This document shows positions 30,808-41,096 of a DNA stretch of 64,000 bases, piece by piece. The notes under the pieces were generated by a model. It did no database searches and was not told the origin of the DNA. It was given only the letters and a program-made list of their open reading frames with translations. Source of the DNA: Waterburya sp. (GTDB lineage: Bacteria > Cyanobacteriota > Cyanobacteriia > Cyanobacteriales > Xenococcaceae). How positions within the stretch are numbered: position 1 is the stretch's first letter; every line of letters begins with the position of its first letter. The stretch is taken from positions 4,768,001 to 4,832,000 of the forward strand of contig CBDCJV010000002.1 in the NCBI GenBank assembly GCA_965217895.1, read 5' to 3'. Made by a program: the position numbers and the translations under genes.

Positions 30808-31531
30808 TCAGTCTGCTAATTTTACTGCATTAGAACTAGATAACTCAAACATATAGCCTCTACCCCACACAGTTTTGATAAAATCACCGTTAAGATCGCC
30901 AATTTTTTTACGAATTCGACCGACATGAATATCGACTTTGCGATCGTCTCCATCGTAGTCATCTTTATTCCAAATTGCCGAAATTAATTTGGCTCGCTCC
31001 CATACTCGATTAGGATTATTTGCCAAGAAATACAGTAAATCAAATTCCAAGGCAGTTAGAGGAATTATGCGCCCGTTTAAAATAACCTCGCGCCGATAAA
31101 AATCAATTTTTAAGTTGTCTAAAACTATCGAATTATTCAGAGTGGACTGTAAATCATTTGCAACTCTTCTTCTAAATAAAGCATCAATTCTAGCTTTGAG
31201 AATTTGCAGATCAAAAGGTTTACTAATGTAGTCATCTGCTCCTCTAGAAAATGCCTCTAAAATATAATTATTATCTGTCATGGAACTGAGCATGATAATC
31301 ATGACGTTAGTTTTACGCATTTCTTCGCAGAGAGTTAATCCTGTATCATCAGGTAGATTGACATCTAGAATTACTAGGTTCGGCTCAAACTCTTGGAACT
31401 TTTCTCTGGCTGTTTTGCAGTTAGAAGCAATTTCGGTAAGATAATTATTGTAGCCAAGAAATCTGTTCAGCAAATGCTGTAGGGCTGCATCATCATCTAC
31501 AATCAGAATTTTTTTTTTGGCTTTTCGACAA
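30808..31531 (-). CDS. OmpR-family response regulator; 5' end frameshifted in an A10 tract
   Basis: KILIVDDD...ILDVNLPD...KPF receiver plus wHTH; no in-frame start upstream of the first beta strand. Confidence 0.8.
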
Positions 31532-31869
31532 TATTGTAATAGTTATTCAATAAATACACTGGTTATATATCCTTTTGGTTATTAATTTTACTTCTCCAAA
31601 GAATATCAGAGTAAATACGCAATAGGCGACAGTAGAAGACGTTTTTTTACTCAATCTTTATGTATTAAGTAGTTTGTATAAAGTTATAGTTAAACAATTT
31701 ATATTACTCTGTAAAAACAGCAAGTTTAGCTTAATTAATCGAAAAACTAGAAAGCTTGCTTTTAAAATAATTAGTCAAATAACTTTAGCGGTTCTCATTT
31801 TAATAAGGTACGTTAATAAGGTACGGTTTTAATGCTCTAGGTTTGTTAATTAATGATAAATAGTTAATA

Positions 31870-33309
31870 ATGAAGACTCCTTTATTAAATGCTTTAAGAA
31901 AGTCTGCTCGCAAATCTCATGCAGCTTTTTATGCCCCTGGACATAAACAGGGTAAAGGAGTTAGTGATGATATTAAAGACTTAATAGGAAGTGCAGTATT
32001 TGCAGCAGATTTACCAGAGTTACCAGAATTAGATAACTTATTTGCTCCAGAAGGCGCAATTAAAGAGGCACAAAAATTAGCAGCAAAGACTTTTGGCGCA
32101 GAGAAAACTTGGTTTCTAGTTAATGGCTCTACCTGTGGCATTATGGCAAGTATTTTAGCTACCTGCGGTGCTGGAGATAAGATTATCTTACCGAGAAATA
32201 TCCATCAATCAGCGATCGCAGGTTTGGTTCTCTCAGGAGCAATACCGATATTTATTAATCCCGAATATGATGCCAGGGCTGGATTAGCCTTTAACGTGGC
32301 TTCAGAAGCGGTACAGCAGGCTTTAAAGACCCATCCTGATACCAAAGCCGTAATGATGCTCCATCCCACTTACCAAGGAGTTTGTACTGATTTAAAAGCG
32401 ATCGCCGAAATTACCCATCAATATAATATTCCTCTACTCGTAGATGAGGCTCATGGCGCACACTTTGCCTTTGATGATGATTTACCTCCTTCTGCCATGA
32501 GTATTGGTGCAGACTTAAGCGTGCAGTCTACTCATAAAGTCTTGAGTGCCATGACTCAGGCATCGATGCTGCATATCCAGGGTAAGAGAATTTGCGATCG
32601 CCAAATCAGTAAAGCCTTGCAGTTAGTTCAATCTACCAGTCCTAGCTATCTGCTGCTTGCCTCTTTAGACGCAGCCAGACAACAAATGGCAACCAAAGGC
32701 AAAGAGTTAATGAGTCGCACCATTGCTTTAGCGTGCGAAGCCAGAAATCAACTAGCCAAGATTCCGAACTTGTCGGTATTCAAACCAAACATAAGTCCTG
32801 GCTGTCAACACTTTGACTGTACCAGACTAACCCTTAACGTCTCTCAACTGGGCATCACTGGCTTTGAAGCTGACGAAATACTTCACCAACAATTAGGAGT
32901 AACCTGCGAACTTCCACTGCTGCATCACCTGACTTTTATTATCTCCCTGGGCAACACACCAGAAGATATCCAAAAACTGATCCAAGGCTGTACAACTCTG
33001 GCAAAAATAACTATTAGCTCTCAACCATTAGCTATTAGCCCTCAGCCATTAACTATTAACCCTCAACCATCAGCTATTAGCCCCCGCGATGCCTATTTCC
33101 TTCCTACCAATACTATTCCTTTTTGGCAGGCAAGCGATCGCCTTAGTGGTGAATTAATTTGTCCCTATCCTCCAGGAATTCCTGTGTTGATGCCTGGAGA
33201 AAAAATTACCCCTCAAACAATTGACTACTTACAACAGGTGCTAGCTGCGGGAGGAACTGTTACAGGGTGTAACGATCCTACGCTTAAAACAATACAAGTA
33301 CTTAAATAG
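31870..33309 (+). CDS. Orn/Lys/Arg decarboxylase (PLP-dependent)
   Basis: PGHKQG, LVNGST, DEAHG, QSTHK, PYPPGIP. Confidence 0.92.
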   Translation: MKTPLLNALRKSARKSHAAFYAPGHKQGKGVSDDIKDLIGSAVFAADLPELPELDNLFAPEGAIKEAQKLAAKTFGAEKTWFLVNGSTCGIMASILATCGAGDKIILPRNIHQSAIAGLVLSGAIPIFINPEYDARAGLAFNVASEAVQQALKTHPDTKAVMMLHPTYQGVCTDLKAIAEITHQYNIPLLVDEAHGAHFAFDDDLPPSAMSIGADLSVQSTHKVLSAMTQASMLHIQGKRICDRQISKALQLVQSTSPSYLLLASLDAARQQMATKGKELMSRTIALACEARNQLAKIPNLSVFKPNISPGCQHFDCTRLTLNVSQLGITGFEADEILHQQLGVTCELPLLHHLTFIISLGNTPEDIQKLIQGCTTLAKITISSQPLAISPQPLTINPQPSAISPRDAYFLPTNTIPFWQASDRLSGELICPYPPGIPVLMPGEKITPQTIDYLQQVLAAGGTVTGCNDPTLKTIQVLK

Positions 33310-33499
33310 AACTTAAGTTAAGTAGGTAAACTGATGACTAATACTAAGTCCGATTGGGAAAAGTATCTTAAATACTAAGTTCGTAGTTTGTAGTTAGTCG
33401 TTTGTAGTCAGGAAAAAACTACTTACTACCCACTACTTGCTATCCAACAGTTAAATAATCTCCGTGAACAGAATTTAGTATAAAAACTAAAAACTAATT

Positions 33500-34090
33500 A
33501 TGCTTTGGCCTTACAAAACTCCTGGTATTCCCGATAAACTGTTCGAGCGTTTGCCTGGAATTCCTCTGAGTAAAAGAGAAGTTCGTGTTTTAATTATTTC
33601 CTCGCTGCGAATGAAGCCAGATTCAGTCCTGTGGGATATTGGTGCTGGGACAGGCACAATACCTGTAGAGATTGGTTTGCTTTGCCCTCAAGGACAAATT
33701 ATTGCCATCGAAAGAGATGATGAGGTGGCAAAACTGATTAAGCGCAATTGCGATCGCTTTGAAGTTCATAATGTCAATGTAGTCCAGGGAAGTGCGCCCG
33801 AATGTCTAGAAAATATACAGCCAAAACCAGATCTGGTTTGTATTGAAGGAGGTAAACCCATTAAAGACATACTCAAGCAAACTTGGAAATACCTTCAGCC
33901 AGAGGGACGTATTGTTGCTACCGTTAGTAATTTAGAAAATCTATATATTATTTCTGAAGGTTTAGCAGAACTTCAGGCTCGCAATATTGAGGTTGTCCAG
34001 TCGGCAGTAAATCGCTTAGAAACAAGAGGAATTCACCAGACTTTTGCAGCGGTTAATCCGATGTTTATTCTCAGTGGCGAAAAACTATAG
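33500..34090 (+). CDS. cbiT: Precorrin-6B C15-methyltransferase (decarboxylating)
   Basis: PGIPD, KREVR, WDIGAGTG. Confidence 0.9.
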   Translation: MLWPYKTPGIPDKLFERLPGIPLSKREVRVLIISSLRMKPDSVLWDIGAGTGTIPVEIGLLCPQGQIIAIERDDEVAKLIKRNCDRFEVHNVNVVQGSAPECLENIQPKPDLVCIEGGKPIKDILKQTWKYLQPEGRIVATVSNLENLYIISEGLAELQARNIEVVQSAVNRLETRGIHQTFAAVNPMFILSGEKL

Positions 34091-34333
34091 CATTAAGGGT
34101 TTACTGTTGTCGTGGGTTTAAAGTCTCTTTTAAAATGAAATAACCCTAAGTTGCGATCGCATTCATAAATATTAATACTCTGTTTGTCAACGAAAATTTA
34201 TATCTCACGGTTCGCTTAAATAAAATATTTTGCAAGAAGTAAAACAACTCAATACTCATTTAGCAATCCGATGTGAAAATAGAAAAATATGATTTGGCTT
34301 ATCTTAAAAAATACATCCTTAAGAGTTTGTATT

Positions 34334-35410
34334 GGCTTTGTTGCATGAATAAATAAATAGACAAATCAAACCCGATTGACCAAGCTGGAATTTATGGAGT
34401 AGCAACATAACTCTCAGGTTTACAAATTTGAATCATTCGATTGAGAGCAGCGCATTGTAAAAGCAACTCCCTCGCCTGGTTATCAAATTGGCGAGAGGAC
34501 AACTTACCTCCGAAGATACATTTGAGACGAAACATCGTGGTTTCAGCCAAAGAGCGACGATGATAATCACTCTCTTGTTTCCATTTTTTACGTCCCATAG
34601 TAGCGAATCGCTCTTAAGTTCTCATCTCGTAGCAAGGGTGGAGCTTTACAATTACCATGTTGTTGAATCTTGGCATTTTTACGAGGTGGAATTGCTGCTC
34701 TTGCTTGCCTTTGAGTAATTTGCTCGTAGCAATTGTTAGTGTCGTAAGCTCCATCCCCAGACACTTGTAAAATTTCATCTTCTACACCATCAAGAATGTC
34801 TTTGAAAACTTGAGAGTCATGATAATCATTAGTTGTTACTACTGCACTGATGATCTCGCCTGTCGTTTCATCTATACCTAAATGTAATTTTCGCCATGTT
34901 CTTCTTTTAGAAACACCATGCTGTCTGGTTTTCCACTCTCCCTCGCCGTAAACTTTTACCCCCGTTGAATCTACTACTATGTGACGTGCCGACTCACTTT
35001 TCTTGACTGGTAATTCAATTTCAAGACTGCTCAAACGTCTTGATACTGTACTATGGTCGGGAACAGGCAAATCTAAATTCATTAGTTTGAGTAGAGATTC
35101 GACGAACCCGATTTGGTTGTCTTCCTGCCAAGGAAAAAACGCTTTTGATGGTACTCATGGTCGCAATCGCCGTATCACTATAAGTAGCTGATGCTCCTCT
35201 TCTTCCTGTCTTTTCATTTACAAGCCACTCTTCCACTACATCTGTCGAAAACCAAAGCGTAATACTTCCTCTGAGCTTTAGTCCTGCGTTATACTTTGAC
35301 CAGTTGCGGATGCGGTATTTATTTTTCATTGGGTAGGTTTTGGTTGTGGTTAACTTCAATCTACCATTTTGACGTTTTTATCCTTCGCAAGTTTTTTATG
35401 CAACAACGCC
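34334..35410 (-). mobile_element. IS5 family (IS903-group-like) insertion sequence
   Basis: IRs GGCTTTGTTGCAT / GGCGTTGTTGCAT; 9-bp direct repeat GTTTGTATT at 34325-34333 and 35411-35419. Confidence 0.93.
34392..35329 (-). pseudogene. IS5-family DDE transposase with two frameshifts
   Basis: RNWSKYN..RGSIT / DSTGVK..GEGEW..WRKLH, DGAYD / YHRRSLAET lie in three frames. Confidence 0.9.
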
Positions 35411-35426
35411 GTTTGTATTTATAACT

Positions 35427-36329
35427 TCATTTGACTCCGCTTGTTAAGCCAAAACCACTTAACACGATCTCAGTTGCTTTTACAAGAACGTCATCGCGCC
35501 ATTTCGCATCTGGTTCTTCCTGCGTGTAATAGATAGCAAGAATGATTGGCTTATGTTCCGACGGCCACAACACAGCTATGTCGTTTGCAGTGCCATAGTC
35601 ACCCGATCCCGTTTTGTCACCAATTTGCCAATTGGCAGGTATGGCAGCACGAATGCGTTTGGCTCCCGTAGTGTTACCCCGTAGCCACTTATTTAATTGC
35701 TGCTGTTGAGATATAGACAATGTATCTCCCAGGGTTAGCACTTGCAAACTGTGTGCCATAGTGGCTGGGGTAGAGGTATCACGAGGATCGCCAGGAACTG
35801 CCGAGTTCAGCTCTGTTTCCCGTCGGTCGAGACGAAATTCACTATCGCCGATTGAACGCGCATAGGCCGTTACCTCAGACGTACCCCCAAGAACTTTGAT
35901 TAGCAGGTTGCCTGCCGTATTGTCACTGTACTGAAGCGCAGCAGCACATAGTTCAGAGACGGTCATACCTTCGCTGATGTGTTTCTCGGTAATGGGCGAG
36001 TAGCTGACGAGATCGCCTGGTTTGTAATAAATTCGCTGTTGTAATAAACCGTCGATTTGAGTGCTTCGCGCCAAAATTGCAGATGCTGCAATTACCTTGA
36101 AGGTACTACACAGAGGAAAACGCTCTTTTGCGCGATGAGCGATCTGAGTATCATTTTCCGTGTTGAGAGCATACACGCCGAGGCGACCACCCGAAGCTTT
36201 TTCGAGCTTCGCGAGATTAGCTTGTGGGGTAACAACTTGTTCGCTTTTTGTAGCCTTCGCAGTGACTATAAGTGCAAGAGGAATAGTTGTCGCAGTCAGC
36301 AAAAATGTTCGGCGATTCATTATATTCAT
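35427..36329 (-). CDS. bla: Class A serine beta-lactamase with Tat-like signal
   Basis: STFK (SxxK), SDN, ETELN omega loop, KTG; RRTFL signal. Confidence 0.95.
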   Translation of the reverse strand: MNIMNRRTFLLTATTIPLALIVTAKATKSEQVVTPQANLAKLEKASGGRLGVYALNTENDTQIAHRAKERFPLCSTFKVIAASAILARSTQIDGLLQQRIYYKPGDLVSYSPITEKHISEGMTVSELCAAALQYSDNTAGNLLIKVLGGTSEVTAYARSIGDSEFRLDRRETELNSAVPGDPRDTSTPATMAHSLQVLTLGDTLSISQQQQLNKWLRGNTTGAKRIRAAIPANWQIGDKTGSGDYGTANDIAVLWPSEHKPIILAIYYTQEEPDAKWRDDVLVKATEIVLSGFGLTSGVK

Positions 36330-36465
36330 CAGGATAAAGTCTATTTTTCTATATAATTCTCCAGCACAAAGTGTTTAGATGGCATAACCCACATAAGATA
36401 ATGGATTTCTATCAATTATCTTATTATTGAAAATCGAGAATCTAAGCAGATTAAGTCAATTTTGA

Positions 36466-36984
36466 TTATCCGTTCGCATTCTTTGATGCTTTCCAAGCAT
36501 CTTTAGTCCTGCCGAGGTTAACCTTAAACTCGTCAAACCCCATTAGAGTACCCGCACGATCTTCATCCCAACAGGCTGAAAAAAGACCGTAGCTTAAGCC
36601 TAAAACTCCTAAACCCAAAAAGCCAAAGGATACAGCGATAGCCAGATAAGGAGGTAATTCGACGATTTCTTTGACCTTAAGCCAGTAAAAAATAAACAGG
36701 GAGGACATACCCAACACAGAGGGAATACCGCAAAATACCGCCATGCGTTTCCCCATACGTTTGCTGACTAGATCGGGAATTGCTGAAAGATTAGAGTTCG
36801 GGCGAGAATTTCTAGAAGTCGATTTGGCTTTTTTGACCTGTACCTTTGCTGATTTGGGAGATGGGGGTGTAGAAGCTTTCTGCGGCTTGTTTACTGAGCT
36901 ATTTTCCTTAGATGCAGCAGGCTTATTTTTACTGTTTTTACGGGGTTCAAATGGTAGACGACCCCGCTTAGAATCTGATGGCAT
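36466..36984 (-). CDS. pam68: PAM68 family PSII assembly factor
   Basis: IP..VSKRM..RM, GLSYG.FSA.WDE; follows rpsO. Confidence 0.9.
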   Translation of the reverse strand: MPSDSKRGRLPFEPRKNSKNKPAASKENSSVNKPQKASTPPSPKSAKVQVKKAKSTSRNSRPNSNLSAIPDLVSKRMGKRMAVFCGIPSVLGMSSLFIFYWLKVKEIVELPPYLAIAVSFGFLGLGVLGLSYGLFSACWDEDRAGTLMGFDEFKVNLGRTKDAWKASKNANG

Positions 36985-36996
36985 GAGTTTTAATGA

Positions 36997-37266
36997 TTAA
37001 CGACGAATGCCGAGACGAGCAATCAGTTTTTGGTAGCGTTCAAAATCTTCTTTTTGGATGTATGCCAGAAGACCTTTACGGCGACCAATCATTTTGAGCA
37101 GACCACGACGGGAAGAATGATCTTTTTTATTGGCTCTTAAATGAGAAGTTAGTTGATTAATTCTTTCAGTTAGAACGGCAATTTGTAAATCGGCAGATCC
37201 AGTGTCGGTTTCATGGATTTGATATTCTGCCATTAATTCCTGTTTACGCTGTTGAGTCAAAGTCAT
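36997..37266 (-). CDS. rpsO: 30S ribosomal protein S15
   Basis: [20 protein letters not shown]. Confidence 0.98.
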   Translation of the reverse strand: MTLTQQRKQELMAEYQIHETDTGSADLQIAVLTERINQLTSHLRANKKDHSSRRGLLKMIGRRKGLLAYIQKEDFERYQKLIARLGIRR

Positions 37267-37449
37267 GTTGGTTTAGTCTGGTATTCTCTCGTTATATTTA
37301 AACTGCAAACTATTATATTACCATCGATTTTTTAGATCTTTCATTCCGATCGCAACTGACGTTTCTGGATACAATTACCAGTCAAGATTTTGATCTGTCA
37401 TAATGGGCTGGCCTTCTATTATATTGTAAGCACTTATTTATATTTAAAA

Positions 37450-39708
37450 GTGAAATCATCTCCCGATCCTAATTCTTTACCTACTGGCTCTGATTCAGTA
37501 GTTCAAGCTACTGGCTTGGGTACATTTGGCGGTGTGTTTACTCCTTCGATTTTGACCATCTTGGGAGTGATTATGTACCTGCGTTTTGGCTGGGTAGTTG
37601 GCAATGCAGGATTGATAGGCACTCTGGCTATTGTGACTATTGCTACTTCAATTACCTTTTTGACGGCACTGTCAGTATGTGCGATCGCCACTGATAAGGT
37701 TGTGCGGGTGGGTGGTGCATATTATATGATCAGTCGCTCCTTGGGTATTGAAACTGGGGGAGCAGTAGGTATTTCACTTTATTTTGCTCAGGCGATTTCT
37801 GTAGCACTTTACACCATTGGTTTTGCTGAAAGCGTGGTTAATGCCAAGATTAATATTTTTGGTCGAGCTATTAATCTGCAAAATTATGACTTAAATCAAA
37901 CTTATGTTGCTCTAATTATCACGGTTTTAGTCGGTATTTTGGCAATTACTTCTGCTAGCTTGGCGATCAAAGCTCAGTATTTTATTATGGCAGCGATCGC
38001 CATATCTCTTTTGATGTTTGTCTTGGGTAGTCCTTTGCCCAACGTTGAACCACAGATGCTCTCTGCACCACCAAAAACCGCACTCCCTTTTTGGTCGGTG
38101 TTTGCAGTATTTTTCCCGGCGGTAACGGGCATTATGGCGGGGGTAAATATGTCAGGAGATTTAAAAGACCCGATTAAATCTTTGCCGACAGGAACACTCG
38201 CAGCAGTAGGAACAGGGTATGTGATTTACATGATCTTGCCAATTTTTATGGCAATGCGAGCAGATTCAGCCAGCTTAATTAATCCAGATGTCTTTGTGAT
38301 GCAGGAAACTGCTCTAAAAGGCTTTGGTTTTACCATGCTGTTAGGAGTTTGGGGCGCAACTTTAAGTAGTGCGATCGGCAGTATTCTGGGCGCACCTCGT
38401 GTATTGCAGGCATTAGCTAGAGATGGAGTCTTGCCCCCATTTCTCAGCTTTTTGGGCAAGGGACACGGTAGAGAAGATGAACCCCGTAACGGGACTTGGG
38501 TTAGTTTAGCAATCGCGATCGCTGCGGTTTGCGTGGGCGATCTGGATTTAATTGCTCCTGTGCTGTCGATGTTCTTTTTGACTACCTACCTGGTGTTAAA
38601 CGTTTCGGCGGCCATTGAAGGTTTTTTACAGAGTCCTTCTTATCGTCCTAGCTTTCGGGTGCATTGGTCTTTATCTCTTTTGGGAGCATTGGGCTGTCTG
38701 GGGGTAATGTTTTTGATCAATGCTATTGCTACGGTTGGTGCTGCAATAATTGTTTTAGGTATTTACATCTGGTTACAGCGTCGAGAATTGCAAACGACCT
38801 GGGGTGATGTACGTCGGGGAATGTGGATGGCATTAATTAGTCAAGGAATCTTCCAGGTAGAACAAGAAGACCCCAAAAACTGGCGACCTCATATCTTGGT
38901 TTTATCGGGCGCACCTCAAAAACGCTGGTCGTTGATTGAATTAGCCGATGGCTTTAGCCATAATCGCAGTCTGATGACGGTTTCCAGCGTTCTTCCCAGT
39001 GGTTCGCGGGATCTCAAGCAGCAGCTTAAGTTAGAAAAAACCATCCGCGACTATATTCAAAAAAGAGGAGTCAAAGCCTTAGTTAGGGTGGTGACTGCTG
39101 ACGATCCTTTTGATGGTGCAGTGCGTTTGGTAGAAACCTATGGTTTAGGCCCTCTTGTGCCTAATACTGTAGTTATGGGAGATAGCGAACAACCAGAAAG
39201 AAGAGAAGGTTTTTGTAATGCGATCGCCGAAATTCATGCTAGTCGTCGCAATGTAGTTATCTTTCATGAGAATCAACAGCAAGGATTTGGTTTTCGCCGT
39301 AGTATTGATGTTTGGTGGGGTGGGATGCAGTCTAACGGTAGTTTAATGTTATTGCTGGCATATTTACTGCGTACTGATATTAATTGGCGCAATGCAAGAA
39401 TCTATCTTAAGCTAGTTGTAGCCGATCAGTCTGCTGCTGCTGCTGCCAAAGATAATCTTAATACCTTTAGTCAAAGCCTACGTATTGATGTAATTCCCCA
39501 GGTTATAGTGGCGGAAGGTCGTTCTTTTGATGAAATTCTTAATTCATCTTCACGCAATGCTGATTTAATCTTTTTAGGTATGGCTCAACCATCGGCAAAA
39601 TTTATTGGGTATTACGAACAGCTACAAAATAGAGTGGCAGATTTACCTTCTGCCATTTTTGTGTTAGCTGCTCCTGATTTTGCTTTTGGAGAAGTCTTGA
39701 CAGAGTAA
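37450..39708 (+). CDS. Cation-chloride cotransporter (SLC12/CCC-like) permease
   Basis: GTFGGVFTPSILTILGVIMYLR, GGAYYMISRSLG, FFPAVTGIMAG, KNWRP, IDVWW C-terminal domain. Confidence 0.88.
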   Translation: MKSSPDPNSLPTGSDSVVQATGLGTFGGVFTPSILTILGVIMYLRFGWVVGNAGLIGTLAIVTIATSITFLTALSVCAIATDKVVRVGGAYYMISRSLGIETGGAVGISLYFAQAISVALYTIGFAESVVNAKINIFGRAINLQNYDLNQTYVALIITVLVGILAITSASLAIKAQYFIMAAIAISLLMFVLGSPLPNVEPQMLSAPPKTALPFWSVFAVFFPAVTGIMAGVNMSGDLKDPIKSLPTGTLAAVGTGYVIYMILPIFMAMRADSASLINPDVFVMQETALKGFGFTMLLGVWGATLSSAIGSILGAPRVLQALARDGVLPPFLSFLGKGHGREDEPRNGTWVSLAIAIAAVCVGDLDLIAPVLSMFFLTTYLVLNVSAAIEGFLQSPSYRPSFRVHWSLSLLGALGCLGVMFLINAIATVGAAIIVLGIYIWLQRRELQTTWGDVRRGMWMALISQGIFQVEQEDPKNWRPHILVLSGAPQKRWSLIELADGFSHNRSLMTVSSVLPSGSRDLKQQLKLEKTIRDYIQKRGVKALVRVVTADDPFDGAVRLVETYGLGPLVPNTVVMGDSEQPERREGFCNAIAEIHASRRNVVIFHENQQQGFGFRRSIDVWWGGMQSNGSLMLLLAYLLRTDINWRNARIYLKLVVADQSAAAAAKDNLNTFSQSLRIDVIPQVIVAEGRSFDEILNSSSRNADLIFLGMAQPSAKFIGYYEQLQNRVADLPSAIFVLAAPDFAFGEVLTE

Positions 39709-39720
39709 GTAAGAAGTAAG

Positions 39721-39748
39721 TTAGGGGCGAACGGCTGTTCGCCCGTAC
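39721..39748 (+). repeat. REP-like palindrome
   Basis: taggggcgaacggctgttcgcccgtac hairpin. Confidence 0.6.
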
Positions 39749-39753
39749 TAAAA

Positions 39754-40122
39754 GTGAAAAATTATAAGTTAGGTCAATGGCAATGCGTTGCAGGCTGTGG
39801 TGCTTGTTGTAATTTGACTCCAGAAGATAGACCAGATCTAGATAAATACTTATCTAGTGCAGAGCTAGAGCTATATATGAGTATGGTAGGAAAAGACGGC
39901 TGGTGTATTAATTATGACCGTGATAATCGCCAATGCCAGATATATGAAGAGCGTCCTCGCTTTTGTCGAGTTAAGCCTAAGAACTTTCAGGATATGTATG
40001 GGATAGAGGCAGAGGAATTTAATCAATTTGCGATCGCCTGTTGTCAGCAACAAATTGCTGGTGTGTATGGCGAAAATAGCCAAGAACATGAACGCTATAA
40101 TCAGGCTATATTTTTTAACTAA
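39754..40122 (+). CDS. YkgJ family cysteine cluster protein
   Basis: CVAGCGACC, C.IYEERPRFCR. Confidence 0.9.
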   Translation: MKNYKLGQWQCVAGCGACCNLTPEDRPDLDKYLSSAELELYMSMVGKDGWCINYDRDNRQCQIYEERPRFCRVKPKNFQDMYGIEAEEFNQFAIACCQQQIAGVYGENSQEHERYNQAIFFN

Positions 40123-40274
40123 CTCCTAAGTAGGTAATGAGAAGGCTAATATTTTATTCATGCAAAAGGTCTATATAAATACAATAGTCATTTTCTAACC
40201 CACACATACTTTTGCCTTCTGCCTTCATACTTCGTTGACTAACTGATGTTACGCATTTATCGATCTGTGAAGAC

Positions 40275-40415
40275 TGGGTAGTGGGGTGTTTGGGGTAATG
40301 AGGTATTTGTGGTGGTGAGGTGTTTGAGGTAATTACTCCTCTATCTCCATCACTCCACCACTCCAAAGATCGACCCTATCTTCTGTACTCCTTACTCACT
40401 ACTCCATGACCCCAT
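40275..40415. repeat. Inverted arrays of 8-9-mer GAGGTATTT-like repeats
   Basis: G-rich units followed by complementary C-rich units between convergent genes. Confidence 0.6.
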
Positions 40416-40433
40416 GCTGCATAATATCAGTGA

Positions 40434-41021
40434 CTAATTTACTTTGATATATTCTATTGCTTTGAGCAAGGCATCAAGTATTACTTCAAAACTGTCATCA
40501 GTAGATCGAGGCAAAGTTAGTAATCCAGACTGTTCTAAAGTAATAAAGCCAAAAATTGTCGAATTTACCATTCGCATGATGTCAATCAATTTGGCTTTAC
40601 TTAAGCCTTGAGAATCTAAAAGAGTTTTGAATAAACCCTGAGATTGTTGAATTACCAAAGCTGATTCAGGCTCGTCTGGCTGCAACTGAAACTGCATCAT
40701 TACTTGAAATAGCCCTGGATGCGATCGCGCAAAATCTCGGCTAGCTAATCCCCCAGCCTTCAAACAAGCACGAGGTTCTTTTATATTTGCAGTTTTCTGA
40801 CTTAATTGGGCGAAATAAAGTTTATAAATCGCTAATGCTACTGCTTTTTTTAATTCTGCATTTCCTTGAAGATGTTTATAAATAGCAGGGGGTTTAATAC
40901 CCAATGCCCTAGCTACACGATTGACACCTAAAGCTGATGCTCCTTCTTGTTCGATACAGGCGATCGCTGCTTCAATTATATCTTGTCTAGTTAGAGAATT
41001 TTCTTTGGTTGGACGACCCAT
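40434..41021 (-). CDS. TetR/AcrR family regulator
   Basis: MGRP start; VARALGIKPPAIYKH HTH. Confidence 0.9.
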   Translation of the reverse strand: MGRPTKENSLTRQDIIEAAIACIEQEGASALGVNRVARALGIKPPAIYKHLQGNAELKKAVALAIYKLYFAQLSQKTANIKEPRACLKAGGLASRDFARSHPGLFQVMMQFQLQPDEPESALVIQQSQGLFKTLLDSQGLSKAKLIDIMRMVNSTIFGFITLEQSGLLTLPRSTDDSFEVILDALLKAIEYIKVN

Positions 41022-41096
41022 TTTTTTTATTTTCTTCTCGCTTTGTACTTCTAGATCTTGATAATTCAGGATTAATCGCTCGATCGCTTGGTTCAC

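Noticed and set aside
31800..31825. Tandem ttaataaggtacg x2 (and gtagatatac x2 near 52879)
   Set aside because: Simple local duplications; no regulator can be assigned
35427..36329. Class A carbapenemase (KPC/SME-like)
   Set aside because: Cys is present before the catalytic Ser, but the partner Cys after KTG is absent (KTGSG)
34334..36329. Composite transposon carrying bla
   Set aside because: Only one IS, and its TSD flanks the IS alone
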